DNA from: a bacterium
GTDB taxonomy: Bacteria; Gemmatimonadota; Glassbacteria; GWA2-58-10
DNA length: 64,000 bases
Assembly: GCA_021372515.1 (NCBI GenBank)
Contig: JAJFUG010000072.1
Location: 379 to 64,378, forward strand
Direction of reading: 5' to 3'
Below the pieces are notes generated by a model, which was given only the letters and a program-made list of their open reading frames with translations, ran no database searches and was not told the DNA's origin. Positions 19,209 to 32,880 of this stretch are shown piece after piece. How positions within the stretch are numbered: the first letter of the stretch is position 1; each line of letters opens with the position of its first letter. The position numbers and the translations under genes are program-made.

Positions 19209-20606
19209 TCAGTCCTGGAACCCGTATTTCTCCATCCTGCGCCGCAGGGATTCCCGGCTGATCCCCAGTATCTCCGCAGCGCGCAGTTTCACGCCCCCGG
19301 CTTTTTCCAGCGCCCGCTTCAGCAGCATGCGCTCCATGTCCTCCAGAGGCATCAGCTCCACCTCGACCTTGCTCGAAGTGGGGGCCTGCCAGGCGTGCCT
19401 GTCCTGAAGGTTGGGGAAATCCTCCGGGGTGAGCTGCTGGGTGTTGGCCAGGATCATGGCCCGCTCGATCATGTTGCGCAGCTCGCGGATATTGCCCGGG
19501 AAGCTGTAGACTTTCAGCATTTCGAGTACGGCCGGCGAGATGCCCTGGATGTTCTTTTTCAGCTCGCGGTTGAAAAAGCGGATCATCGAGGCGCAGAGGT
19601 TCTTGATGTCCGTGGGGATGGTCCTGAGGCAGGGGGTTTGGATGGTGAACACCTCGAGACGGTGGAGCAGGTCGAGGCGGAACGAGCCCTCGCGCGACAG
19701 CTCGTGCAGGTCGCGGTTGGTGGCGGCCACCACCCGCACGTCCACTCGTATCTCGCGCTTGCCGCCCACCCGGAAGAAACTGTAGTTTTCGAGCACGCGC
19801 AGAAGGCGGCTCTGCAGGCTGGGCTCCATGTCCCCGATCTCGTCCAGGAAAATGGTGCCCTTGTCGGCCAGCTCGAAGAACCCGGCCTTGCGCCCCCGCG
19901 CCCCGGTGAACGCCCCCGGCTCGTGCCCGAACAGCTCGCTTTCGGCCAGGCCGTGGGTCAGGCTGGTGCAGTTGACCGGGATGAACGGGTGCTCGGCCCG
20001 TCCGCTCAGGCGGTGGATCGCCCGGGCGACCAGCTCCTTGCCCGTACCGGTCTCGCCGGTGATCAGCACCGTGGTGCGGTCGGTCTGGGCCACTTTGCGG
20101 ATCAGGTTCTTGATGTGGCCTATCGGGGCGCTGTCGCCGATGATGTTGTCGATCTCTCCGCTCAGGGCCGAGCTCTTTTCCATCAGGCCGATCTGCTCGG
20201 CGGCCTGACGTTTCTGCCAGCGCAACTGATGGTATTTGCCAGTGCGCTCCAGGGCCATGTCGAGGTCGCGGAAATCGATGGGCTTGCGGATGAAATCGAA
20301 AGCCCCGGCGCGCTGGGCCTGGATCACCAGGTCCATGTCCCCGAACCCGCTGATCAGGATGACCTCGATCTTGTCGTCCACGGCCTTGATTTTCTTCAGC
20401 AGGGTAAGTCCGTCCATGCCCGGCATCTTGACATCCGACAAGACCACGTCCGGCGAATTTTCCTCCACCGCTTTCAGAGCGCTCGGCCCGTCCGCGGCGT
20501 ATTCCACCAGGTAGCCCCGCTCCCGCAGGTACATGACCACCGTGTTCAGGACCGATCTTTCATCGTCCGCCACCAGGACATGCAAAGCTTTCGTTTCCTT
20601 CTGCAT
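19209..20606 (-). CDS. Sigma-54-dependent NtrC-family response regulator (receiver, AAA+ and HTH domains).
   Basis: Track ORF of 465 aa with receiver Asp, Walker A GETGTGKE, the sigma-54 contact motif GAFTGA, and a C-terminal Fis-type HTH. Confidence 0.9.
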   Translation of the reverse strand: MQKETKALHVLVADDERSVLNTVVMYLRERGYLVEYAADGPSALKAVEENSPDVVLSDVKMPGMDGLTLLKKIKAVDDKIEVILISGFGDMDLVIQAQRAGAFDFIRKPIDFRDLDMALERTGKYHQLRWQKRQAAEQIGLMEKSSALSGEIDNIIGDSAPIGHIKNLIRKVAQTDRTTVLITGETGTGKELVARAIHRLSGRAEHPFIPVNCTSLTHGLAESELFGHEPGAFTGARGRKAGFFELADKGTIFLDEIGDMEPSLQSRLLRVLENYSFFRVGGKREIRVDVRVVAATNRDLHELSREGSFRLDLLHRLEVFTIQTPCLRTIPTDIKNLCASMIRFFNRELKKNIQGISPAVLEMLKVYSFPGNIRELRNMIERAMILANTQQLTPEDFPNLQDRHAWQAPTSSKVEVELMPLEDMERMLLKRALEKAGGVKLRAAEILGISRESLRRRMEKYGFQD

Positions 20607-20615
20607 CGGATCACC

Positions 20616-22190
20616 TCATCCTGCAGCATTCTCGTTGCCCGGCAACGGGAGCCAGAAAGACATGCAGGCGCCCTCCCGTTGCTCCGTGTCGAGCTCGATT
20701 CGTCCCTCGAAGCCGTGCAGAATTCCGCTCGCTATGGTCAGGCCAAGTCCCGGCCGCGCTGTTTTATCGTTGCCGGAGAAAAACGGTTCGAACAGTCTGT
20801 CACGTATTTCGGGCCGGATTCCCACGCCGTTGTCCTCGACCCGCACCCTGACTCCCGGCCGTCCCTCCTGTTCCTGCGGAGCGGCGCTGACCCTGATCAC
20901 GCCCCGCGTTCCGGAGCCGGCCGCCTTGGCGGCGCTTATCGCATCTATCGCATTGAGCAGAAGGCACTCGAACACTTTACCCAGACCGACCGGAGTGGCC
21001 GCCACCAGGGGCAGATCGGCCGGGAACTCCTCCTCCAGCTCAATCCCGCGCCGCAGGATATGCCCGCGCAGCAGCCCGATGAAGCGGAAATAATGATTGC
21101 GCAGGTTGATCGCCTCCAGGGGCGCGCCCTCCCGCCTCTGTGCCGCTGACTCGCGCGCCATCTGGATCATGCAGTTTATCCGGCCGACCTCAGACAGCAT
21201 CTCCTGGCACATCACGGCCAGCTCCTCCGGCTTGATTTCGCGTCCCTCGTCCAGGCGGTATTTCAACAGCTGAAGGTAAGATGAAATGGCGTTCAGCGGC
21301 TGGTTGAACTCGTGCGAGAATACCGCCGATATCTCGCCCATGACCATCCGCCGGGTGATCAGTTCCTCGCGGAAATCCGCCTCGCTCTGGTTGGTGATGT
21401 CCTCGAGCAGCAGCAGGCGCTGGTTGTCCGCCTGCGCTCCCAACTGTCGGCAGAGCGCGCGCAGGGTCACCCCGGAGGTGCTGTCCGGCACAAAATAGAA
21501 CGCGTCGGCTCCGCAGCGCACGCAGGGCTCGCCCTGGCTGTCGGCGGCGTACAGGGGGCAGTCACCCGCAGCCGCGCCGGGTTTGCCGGTCCGGCAGGAC
21601 TGCCCCATCCGCACGAGCTGGCAAAACCTACGGCCCGACATCTCCTCCGGCGTCCGACTGAACAGCGCCGCTGCGGGCCGGTTGCAGGCGGTCACCTCCA
21701 GGTCGGCGTTGAGAGTGAGCAACGGCAGCGGCAGAATGTCCAGCGGAGGGAGTCCCTCCCGCGCGCCGTCATCCGCGGCCCCGCTCCCGAAGCCGGTCTT
21801 GCTTTCGCCGAGACGCAGCTCGAGCAGGGCTTTGTCACGCTGTCGCACTGCGGCCAGCAGAAGGCGGTTCAGCTCGGCCAGGTCGAAAGGCTTTTTCAGG
21901 TAGGCGAATGCTTTCAGCCCCATCCGCTCGATCATCTCGCGGGCCTCGTCGTACCCGCTCATCAGTATCACTTCCAGGCAGGGATATGTTTCGCGGATAC
22001 CGGCCAGAAGGTCGGCGCCGCTCTGGTTTTCCATCCGGATGTCGGAGATGACCACATCCACCGAGTCATCGCACAGCCCCTGCGCCTCATCCGGGCTGCC
22101 CGCGGCGACCACTGTCCAGCCGACTTTGGCCAGAAATGAGCCCAGCATGCCACGGATATTTTTGTCATCGTCCACGATCAGGACTTTCAT
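20616..22190 (-). CDS. Hybrid sensor histidine kinase with an N-terminal receiver domain, a Cys-rich PAS-like middle region, HisKA and HATPase_c.
   Basis: Track ORF 20616..22280. The start is MKVLIVDDD at 22190. The H-box is HEFNQPLNAI and the G-box is GLGLTIA. Confidence 0.85.
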   Translation of the reverse strand: MKVLIVDDDKNIRGMLGSFLAKVGWTVVAAGSPDEAQGLCDDSVDVVISDIRMENQSGADLLAGIRETYPCLEVILMSGYDEAREMIERMGLKAFAYLKKPFDLAELNRLLLAAVRQRDKALLELRLGESKTGFGSGAADDGAREGLPPLDILPLPLLTLNADLEVTACNRPAAALFSRTPEEMSGRRFCQLVRMGQSCRTGKPGAAAGDCPLYAADSQGEPCVRCGADAFYFVPDSTSGVTLRALCRQLGAQADNQRLLLLEDITNQSEADFREELITRRMVMGEISAVFSHEFNQPLNAISSYLQLLKYRLDEGREIKPEELAVMCQEMLSEVGRINCMIQMARESAAQRREGAPLEAINLRNHYFRFIGLLRGHILRRGIELEEEFPADLPLVAATPVGLGKVFECLLLNAIDAISAAKAAGSGTRGVIRVSAAPQEQEGRPGVRVRVEDNGVGIRPEIRDRLFEPFFSGNDKTARPGLGLTIASGILHGFEGRIELDTEQREGACMSFWLPLPGNENAAG

Positions 22191-22283
22191 TGTCCTTGCC
22201 TGTCGGAGCGGATTGGGGTGAGCGTGCCCGAAGATAGTTCCCGATGCGACCGGAAGGATCGTCTCCTGCCGGGGCTGCATGAA

Positions 22284-22313
22284 TTATATCTTACAGAAAA
22301 GCCTAAATGTCAA
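22284..22313 (-). promoter_or_regulatory. Candidate sigma-70 promoter for the histidine-kinase/response-regulator operon.
   Basis: Reverse complement cTTGACAtttaggcttttctgtaagaTATAATtc, with a spacer of about 19 nt. Confidence 0.35.
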
Positions 22314-22336
22314 GCCTTTTAGGTGCGGGTTGCCTT

Positions 22337-22349
22337 TGGCAGTCTGCCA
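22337..22349. promoter_or_regulatory. 13-bp perfect palindrome TGGCAG-t-CTGCCA upstream of clpB.
   Basis: It is read directly from the sequence, and a similar TGGCAG...CTGCCA inverted repeat recurs 3' of clpB. Confidence 0.3.
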
Positions 22350-22587
22350 GAATGGCGGATGACGGCCCGCCTTCGCGGGGCGCGGATTCACCCCCGGCAT
22401 TCGTAAGGACCGAGAAAATCTGGCTTAACAGCGAGCTGTCTCTGCCAGTGATCCCTGGCATGGAAATTGAGTTTATTGAAGGATGGAATAGAAATGCTGC
22501 AGGCTTTGTACGGTGCCGGGTGCGGTCGGGGAGAGCTTGCAGAGGAAAAATGCACGAAGAAACACGATTGGAACAGGAGGATAATTC

Positions 22588-25197
<2,610 letters not shown>

Positions 25198-25234
25198 CGC
25201 TCTGCCGTCCTGGCAGACCCAAGCCCCCATCGGC

Positions 25235-25273
25235 GCTGTCTGTATGGCAGTGACAGTCTGCCATACGGACAGC
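25235..25273 (+). terminator. Long imperfect hairpin 3' of clpB, with 16-bp arms GCTGTCTGTATGGCAG / CTGCCATACGGACAGC.
   Basis: A shorter hairpin TCTGCC-gtcct-GGCAGA lies at 25201..25217. There is no clear T-tract. Confidence 0.35.
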
Positions 25274-25430
25274 GACCGGTTGAGGCGAATATGCAGAATG
25301 AGCTTGGCATTCCACGGATAAAGGTATATATTGGTTGGAGGTAGCCGGGGACCGATCCCCGGCTGAGCTTTTCTGGTATGTGATTTGCAACTATGGAAGA
25401 GCTGAGAACATTCCAGCGAGCGAGGTGGGT

Positions 25431-25682
25431 ATGCCGATCTACGAGTATCAGTGCGCGGATTGCAACAAGGTGTTCGAGGTCCTGCACGGGATAAACGAGA
25501 AGCCCGAGCTGCACTGCGAAAGCTGCGGCGGCTCTAAAGTGACACGGGTGATGAGCGCCGGGGCGTTCGTGTTCAAGGGCAGCGGTTTCTACGCCACGGA
25601 TTACAAGAACAAGTCCAACGGTTCATCCTGCTCGACCTGTTCCGAATCGGGGAGCTGCCCGAGCGCCGGCGCGAAGAGCTGA
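25431..25682 (+). CDS. FmdB-family zinc-ribbon protein (putative regulatory).
   Basis: MPIYEYQCADCNKVFEV...CESCGG, two CxxC pairs. The track ORF 25335..25682 has an upstream extension. Confidence 0.7.
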   Translation: MPIYEYQCADCNKVFEVLHGINEKPELHCESCGGSKVTRVMSAGAFVFKGSGFYATDYKNKSNGSSCSTCSESGSCPSAGAKS

Positions 25683-25701
25683 AATTTTTTTACTCCGTTT
25701 G

Positions 25702-25728
25702 TTAGCACTCTGGCAGTCCGAGTGCTAA
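25702..25728 (+). promoter_or_regulatory. CIRCE element (HrcA operator) upstream of groES.
   Basis: TTAGCACTC-tggcagtcc-GAGTGCTAA is a perfect match to the CIRCE consensus TTAGCACTC-N9-GAGTGCTAA. Confidence 0.9.
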
Positions 25729-25800
25729 CACAGTGTTTCAATCAATGCAGTACTGCCGTGCTGTAGAATCAATTAACCCCATAATACGAGAGGTGGCAGC

Positions 25801-26085
25801 ATGAAGATCAAACCCCTGGCTGACCGAGTGGTGGTAAAGCCCCTCGAAGAGACCGAGCAGAAGAAGGGTAGCATCATCATCCCCGACACGGCCAAGGAAA
25901 AGCCCCAGCAGGGCGAGATAGTGGCTGTGGGCCCCGGCAAGATGAGCGATGAGGGCAAGCCGGTAAAGATGGAGCTGAAGAAGGGTGACAAGGTCCTCTA
26001 CGGCAAGTATTCCGGCACCGAGGTCACGGTGGACGGTGAGGAGTACCTGATCATGCGTGAGAGCGACGTGCTCGCGGTCATCTGA
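25801..26085 (+). CDS. groES: Co-chaperonin GroES.
   Basis: Track ORF of 94 aa, [14 protein letters not shown]... Confidence 0.95.
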   Translation: MKIKPLADRVVVKPLEETEQKKGSIIIPDTAKEKPQQGEIVAVGPGKMSDEGKPVKMELKKGDKVLYGKYSGTEVTVDGEEYLIMRESDVLAVI

Positions 26086-26112
26086 ACGCTTCGATTCCGC
26101 TGAAAAAAGTAA

Positions 26113-27807
<1,695 letters not shown>

Positions 27808-27842
27808 TCGGGCCGGGACTGGAAGCACTGAGATTGAAACGG

Positions 27843-27900
27843 CTCGCGGGGTGACCCGCGGGTCGCGTGGGGGCGGGTCTGAAGACCCGCCCCTTTTTTA
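27843..27900 (+). terminator. Intrinsic terminator of groESL. There are two hairpins, the second being GGGCGGGTCT gaa GACCCGCCCC followed by TTTTTT.
   Basis: GC stem plus a T6 run immediately after the groEL stop. Confidence 0.75.
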
Positions 27901-28049
27901 TTTCCACACCGCGCCTCCGGCAGGACCGCCCGGTCGTGGGGCTTGATTAGTTTGCTCAAATAAACTAATATGTACGGGTTTATTCCACTTGTCGGTTTTT
28001 TATCATTGCTGGTTCGGCAATTCAGTTCAGAAGGATGGGTCTTAAGGCC

Positions 28050-28877
28050 ATGGCTCACGACAGGAAAAGTCTGTCCCGGGATTTGCGCTCGCTGGGCTTA
28101 CGCGAGGGCGACTGGGTGATGGTGCACAGCTCGATGAAATCCCTCGGCTGGGTCGAGGGTGGCGCGACCACAGTGATCCAGGCCCTGCTCGACACCCTGG
28201 GGCCGGAGGGCATGCTGTTCATGCCGCTGTTCGTCCGGGCCAGGCAGGAGATCATCGACCTGGCCACCGAGCCCACCTACCTGGGCCTGATCCCCGAAAC
28301 GTTCCGCCGCTGGCCGGGCGTGGCGCGCTCGCCGCACCCCACCCACTCGGTGGGAATCCTGGGGCCGCGCGCTCAGGAAATAGCCGAGGCGCACCGCGGC
28401 CGGACCTATATCGGCCGGGGCAGCCCGTTGGACCTCCTGGCCCGGAACAAGGGTTGGGTGCTGCACATCGGGACGAATTTCAACACCTCCAGCATCCTGC
28501 ACCTGGCTGAGGTCCTGGCCGATGTGCCTTATGTTGACTTGGCCTACAAGGGCTACGATGTACCGCTGACCGCCCGGGCCACGGACGGCACTCTGGTGGT
28601 GAGCGAGCCGCGCGAGGTGCCGGGTGACTCGGACGGGTTCGTGCTGGTGCAGGAGGAGATGAAGCGGCACGGGCTGCTGCGCACCGGCAAGGTGGGCGAT
28701 GCCGATTCGGTCCTGGCCCGCGCCGACCAGATGCTGGATATCGCCGTGCCCATGATGCGTGAGGACCCGGCGCAGTTTCTCTGCCATTACGATGACTGTA
28801 CGATCTGTCCGGCCGCCCGTGAGCTGGTGCGCCGCTGGGAAGAGGCCGGCCGACCCGAACGCAAGGAGAAAGTCTGA
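28050..28877 (+). CDS. AAC(3)-family N-acetyltransferase (aminoglycoside 3-N-acetyltransferase-like).
   Basis: MVHSSMKSLGWVEGGATTVIQALLD is a hallmark AAC(3) N-terminal motif. Track ORF 28035..28877. Confidence 0.75.
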   Translation: MAHDRKSLSRDLRSLGLREGDWVMVHSSMKSLGWVEGGATTVIQALLDTLGPEGMLFMPLFVRARQEIIDLATEPTYLGLIPETFRRWPGVARSPHPTHSVGILGPRAQEIAEAHRGRTYIGRGSPLDLLARNKGWVLHIGTNFNTSSILHLAEVLADVPYVDLAYKGYDVPLTARATDGTLVVSEPREVPGDSDGFVLVQEEMKRHGLLRTGKVGDADSVLARADQMLDIAVPMMREDPAQFLCHYDDCTICPAARELVRRWEEAGRPERKEKV

Positions 28878-29572
28878 TGAGCCCCGAGCGCGAGCTGCCT
28901 GTTTACGAAATTTACCGCGCCCAGTCCCCCATAGTAGTGGACGGGCGGATGGACGAGCCGGCCTGGAAAGCGGCCCCGGAGGTGGAGCTGAAACTCAACT
29001 CCGACGGCGGCGCGCCGCTCTGGGGCACCCGCGCGCGGATGCTTTACGACGACCAGTGGCTGTACGTGGGCTTCCTCAGCCGCGACCCGCACATCTGGGG
29101 CACCCTGACCGGCCACGATGACCCGATCTACAACGAGGAGGTGGTGGAGATTTTCCTCGACCCCATCGGCCGGGGGACGATCTACTACGAGCTGGAGGTC
29201 AACCCGCTCAACACCTCGTTCGACGCCGTGATCCTGAACGACGCCCCGGTCTCGGGCTCGGAGGGCCGCGGCGAGCGTTTCCAGGGCTTCACCGGCTGGA
29301 ACCCCGGCAGCTTCAAGCACGCGGTCACGATCCAGGAGGGACGGCTCAACGACCCGTCCTCCGGCCCCGGGCTCTGGTGCTGCGAGATGGCGATCCGTTT
29401 CGCCGACATGTTCCTGGGGGCCAACGTGCCGCCCAGGCCCGGCGACCAGTGGCGCGGCAACCTCTTCCGCATCGACATCGACGGCGACAAGTCGGAGGAG
29501 AGCTCGTTCAGCCCCACCGGCCGTCCCGATTTCCACGTTCCGGCGCGTTTCGGACGCTTTATTTTCCGTTGA
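28877..29572 (+). CDS. CBM9-like / DOMON-like carbohydrate-binding domain protein.
   Basis: Track ORF of 231 aa; the ATG overlaps the upstream stop (ATGA). It contains DGRMDEPAWKAA...DQWLYVGF, the same domain type as the partial gene at the window start. Confidence 0.7.
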   Translation: MSPERELPVYEIYRAQSPIVVDGRMDEPAWKAAPEVELKLNSDGGAPLWGTRARMLYDDQWLYVGFLSRDPHIWGTLTGHDDPIYNEEVVEIFLDPIGRGTIYYELEVNPLNTSFDAVILNDAPVSGSEGRGERFQGFTGWNPGSFKHAVTIQEGRLNDPSSGPGLWCCEMAIRFADMFLGANVPPRPGDQWRGNLFRIDIDGDKSEESSFSPTGRPDFHVPARFGRFIFR

Positions 29573-29600
29573 GAATTTCCAGCCCCGAAAAGCCGAAGCT

Positions 29601-29640
29601 CCGCTGGATGGCTTCATCCGGCGGAGCTTCTTTTTGCTTC
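29601..29640. terminator. Bidirectional terminator hairpin (AAGCTCCGC...GCGGAGCTT followed by TTTTTGC) between the convergent CBM9-like and HU genes.
   Basis: The stem plus flanking A/T runs are visible on both strands. Confidence 0.5.
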
Positions 29641-29661
29641 GGTGATTCCGGTGGACCGTTC

Positions 29662-29934
29662 TCAGTTGAGCGCGTTGTTCAGCTCGCGGCTCACCTTGAA
29701 GACCGCCTTTTTCTTGGCCGGGACCTGGACTTCCTCGTTGGTCTTGGGGTTGCGGGCCTTGCGCGCCTTGTGGTTCTTCACCTTGAACGTGCCGAACCCG
29801 CGGATTTCCAGGTGCTTGTCGGAGGAGAGGCAGTTTTTCACCTCGTCCAGAAACTGCTCCACCATGATCTTTACGTCTTTTGCCGTGAAACCCGTTTTTT
29901 CCGCGATCGTCTCGACAATATCCGCCTTGGTCAT
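29662..29934 (-). CDS. hup: HU/IHF-family nucleoid-associated DNA-binding protein.
   Basis: MTKADIVETIAEKTGFTAKDVK...RGFGTFKVKNHKARKARNPKT is a strong HU-family signature. Confidence 0.9.
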   Translation of the reverse strand: MTKADIVETIAEKTGFTAKDVKIMVEQFLDEVKNCLSSDKHLEIRGFGTFKVKNHKARKARNPKTNEEVQVPAKKKAVFKVSRELNNALN

Positions 29935-30232
29935 ACCGCGATTCCTCCACTGATTTATTGAGATTCAATTCTGATATTAACCGGCCTGACACCGGGCATG
30001 CTACCGTCCGTCCGGTCCGCACACTCTCGTTACTGGCGTAAATTCAAGTATTTATTCTAAAATATTCCCGCTTTTTGTGCAAGAAAAAAATCCGCTGAGA
30101 GCGTTTCAAAGCCGAATTGCAGGTCCGGAATTCAACCCGGATTGACAGGCCGGAGCGGATAGGCTAAATTTCGCTTTTCAACGGGGAGTCTCCCCCGGCT
30201 GGCCTGACCACCCCTGTGCTGAAAGGATCAAG

Positions 30233-31240
30233 ATGCGACCGAATATCCTCGTCCCGGTGCGTGAGCGCTACCGCAGCTTCCTGTTGCCCGGCCGCATGCT
30301 CGAGCAACTCGCCGCCTTCGCCGACATCGAAGTGGTGGTCGACCCGGCCGACCTGCCCAGGAACGAGTATTGCGCCCTCTACCGCGGACGGGATGCGGTG
30401 CTCACCACCTGGAACACCCCCATGATCGACCGCGAGGTGGTCGCCTGCATGGATAGGCTGCAGATCATCTCCCATTGCGGCGGCGAGGTGCGGCCGTTCA
30501 TCGCGCCCGAGTTTTTCGAGCTCAAGCCGGAGGTGGTCCTCTGCAACGCCTCCAACGTGATGGCCAAGCCAGTGGCCGAGCACACCCTCACCGTGTCGCT
30601 GATCCTGCTGCGCGGCCTGTTCCATTTCCGTGAGTGGATCAAGGAGGACGAGAATTGGTGGGATTATGACCCGGACCAGAACCGCAGCCTGCTGCGCAAG
30701 AAAGTCGGCATCGTTGGCCTGGGCCAGATCTCACGCGAGTTCATCCAGCTCGTGCGGCCGTTCGACGTGGAGCTGTGGGTCTACAGCGGACATATGAGCG
30801 AGGCGGAGGCCGCCGCCATGGGACTGGTGAAAAAGGGCCTGGAGGAGATATTCTCGCAGTGCGACGTGATCACGATCTCGGCGGCCAACACCCCGGCCAA
30901 CCGTCACATGGTGAACCGTGACCTGTTGCGACTGATCAAGCCCGGCGCGGTGCTGGTCAACAACGCCCGCGGCGCCCTGATCGACGAGCAGGCCCTGGTG
31001 GAGGAGCTGCGCACGGGAAGGTTCCAGGCCGCGATTGATGTAACTGATCCCGAGCCGCCGGCCGCCGGACATCCCCTTCGCGACATGCCGAATGTGCTGC
31101 TCACCCCGCACACCGGCGGTCCGGTGCCCGAGCAGCGTATCTGGATGATGGAGGAGGCGGTGGACAACCTGCGCAATTTCTTCTCCGGCAAGCCGGTGCG
31201 CGGCGTCATCGACAAGAAGCGTTTCACCTACATGGCCTGA
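30233..31240 (+). CDS. D-isomer-specific 2-hydroxyacid dehydrogenase family protein (NAD-binding).
   Basis: Track ORF of 335 aa with the GIVGLGQIS Rossmann motif and catalytic-domain order. Confidence 0.85.
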   Translation: MRPNILVPVRERYRSFLLPGRMLEQLAAFADIEVVVDPADLPRNEYCALYRGRDAVLTTWNTPMIDREVVACMDRLQIISHCGGEVRPFIAPEFFELKPEVVLCNASNVMAKPVAEHTLTVSLILLRGLFHFREWIKEDENWWDYDPDQNRSLLRKKVGIVGLGQISREFIQLVRPFDVELWVYSGHMSEAEAAAMGLVKKGLEEIFSQCDVITISAANTPANRHMVNRDLLRLIKPGAVLVNNARGALIDEQALVEELRTGRFQAAIDVTDPEPPAAGHPLRDMPNVLLTPHTGGPVPEQRIWMMEEAVDNLRNFFSGKPVRGVIDKKRFTYMA

Positions 31241-31285
31241 GCCGGCCCACGGGCGGAGCGTTGTCTTCCGACAGATTTTTGATAA

Positions 31286-31315
31286 AAAGGCACGGTGCAC
31301 CGTGCCTTTTTATTT
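31286..31315. terminator. Bidirectional terminator, palindrome family A: AAAAAGGCACGGTGCACCGTGCCTTTTTAT.
   Basis: Perfect 9-bp stem flanked by A5 and T5 runs. A second family-A hairpin lies at 31348..31372 and a family-B hairpin at 31385..31405. Confidence 0.65.
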
Positions 31316-31551
31316 ATCCAATTCTCCACAGTTGTGTCGCTGTTCAGCGTAGAGGCACGGCAGACCGTGCCCGAAAGGCTTTTCCGGGCGGGATATATCC
31401 CGCCCCTACGACAGGCGACCAGGCCTTTGGAGAATCGATCTGCCGACACGGGGTTTTCGATTTTTTCACAGGAGTAACCGGACGCAAAAAGGGGCCGCCC
31501 CGGTACACCGCGGGCAACCCCTTTTTATGATTTTTTCCTGTCCCGCTCCGC

Positions 31552-31797
31552 TCAGGAGGCGGCTTCCGGGAACAGGGACTTCGGCTTTTTCTTGCTCATC
31601 CGCCGGCTGACGATCTCGAAATTAAGGTCGTTCGCGCAGAGACGGCGGAGAGATTCAGTGGTTACTTTCTCCTCGATGAACTGCGTGGTCTCGCGCTTCT
31701 GGTCGTGCAGCTTGCGAGCGTACTTGGCCGCCACCACACAGGCCATGTACTTCGAGGGCGTCACTTTGCTCAGGTCTTCCGGGGTCACTACCAGCAT
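31552..31797 (-). CDS. rpoZ: DNA-directed RNA polymerase omega subunit.
   Basis: MLVVTPEDLSKVTPSKYMACVVAAKYARKLHDQ resembles the RpoZ N-terminus. The track ORF extends upstream with non-protein-like, Ser/Ala/Cys-rich sequence. Confidence 0.6.
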   Translation of the reverse strand: MLVVTPEDLSKVTPSKYMACVVAAKYARKLHDQKRETTQFIEEKVTTESLRRLCANDLNFEIVSRRMSKKKPKSLFPEAAS

Positions 31798-32095
31798 CGG
31801 CTCAACCTCCAGTATCGGCTCAAGGACAAATTTATCCGGACACCGCCACCCGATCCGCCGTGAAATCATAGTCAACGGGTTGTCGCGGACGGCATTCGGA
31901 ATTATATTGTTCTTCGTCCAATAGCTGTATTCTAACATGAATGGGTTGAATTGGCAAGAGTTGTGACTGCCCGGCTGGCAAGCCGCACGACGGGACACGT
32001 GCTCAGAGGGGGGGGCGGCAAAGGGGCCTGGCCCTTGCGGACTGCGCCCGGGCGGCGCGACAGACCAAACCGGATGCCTAAGGAGGAGTTGAAGG

Positions 32096-32716
32096 ATGAA
32101 GTTCAGAAAAGGACAGAAGAAAGAGGACAAGCCGCTGGACAGTACAGCCGGGGCTGCGGCGTCGGACAGCGACGAGACGCAGGCCGCGGCTGGGGAGTCG
32201 GTGGCGGCGCAGGCCCAGGCCGGGGAGGCCGCGGTGGCGACCGAGGCCCCGGTGGAGGATGAACAGCAGGCGAAAGTGACTGCCCTGGAGGACCAGCTCC
32301 TGCGGCTCAAGGCCGAGTTCGCCAATTTCCGCAAGCGCACCGAGCGCGAGCGCACCGAGCTGAGCACCCACGTGAAAGCCACGGTCCTGCGCGAGATACT
32401 GCCCACGCTGGATGATTTCGAGCGCTTTTTCCGTCACGTGGAGGAGCGCAGCGAGAGCCTGGACCGCGATTTCGTCCAGGGCATCGAGATGATCCACAAG
32501 TCCCTGGCCGGCGTGCTCCAGCGCCAGGGTGTGGAGCCGATCCAGGAGACCGGCGTGCCGTTTGACCCGCACCAGCACGAGGCCATGCTCACCGCCCCGG
32601 TGGAGAGCCGGGAGCAGGACCACACCGTGGTGCAGGTGCTGGAGGCGGGCTACCGCATGGGCTCCACCGTGATCCGCCCGGCGCGGGTGCAGGTGGGGAT
32701 GTTCGGCGGCGACTGA
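32096..32716 (+). CDS. grpE: Nucleotide exchange factor GrpE.
   Basis: Track ORF of 206 aa with an acidic N-terminus, a coiled coil, and the motif VPFDPHQHEAMLTAP. An RBS AAGGAGGAG lies upstream. Confidence 0.9.
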   Translation: MKFRKGQKKEDKPLDSTAGAAASDSDETQAAAGESVAAQAQAGEAAVATEAPVEDEQQAKVTALEDQLLRLKAEFANFRKRTERERTELSTHVKATVLREILPTLDDFERFFRHVEERSESLDRDFVQGIEMIHKSLAGVLQRQGVEPIQETGVPFDPHQHEAMLTAPVESREQDHTVVQVLEAGYRMGSTVIRPARVQVGMFGGD

Positions 32717-32880
32717 GCCGGACGCCCGCTGCGCCGACTTTTATTGACAGCGCGCCGCCTTTGTTGCATCATCATGCTGGGGAGCTATTCCGGATTCCCC
32801 GTGTTTTTCGTGTTTCTCCCCGGGCCTCGGGCGGCCGGATGAAACAGGTCCACGCCGAATAATCCTGACAAGGTGGCGCT

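Noticed and set aside
19134-21149. 671-aa + strand ORF
   Set aside because: Antisense to the sigma-54 response regulator and histidine kinase genes.
22455-22472. TGGCAT-ggaaa-TTGAG, a possible sigma-54 promoter upstream of clpB
   Set aside because: The -12 element is TTGA rather than the conserved GC, and the site is 120 nt from the start. I do not report it as a feature.
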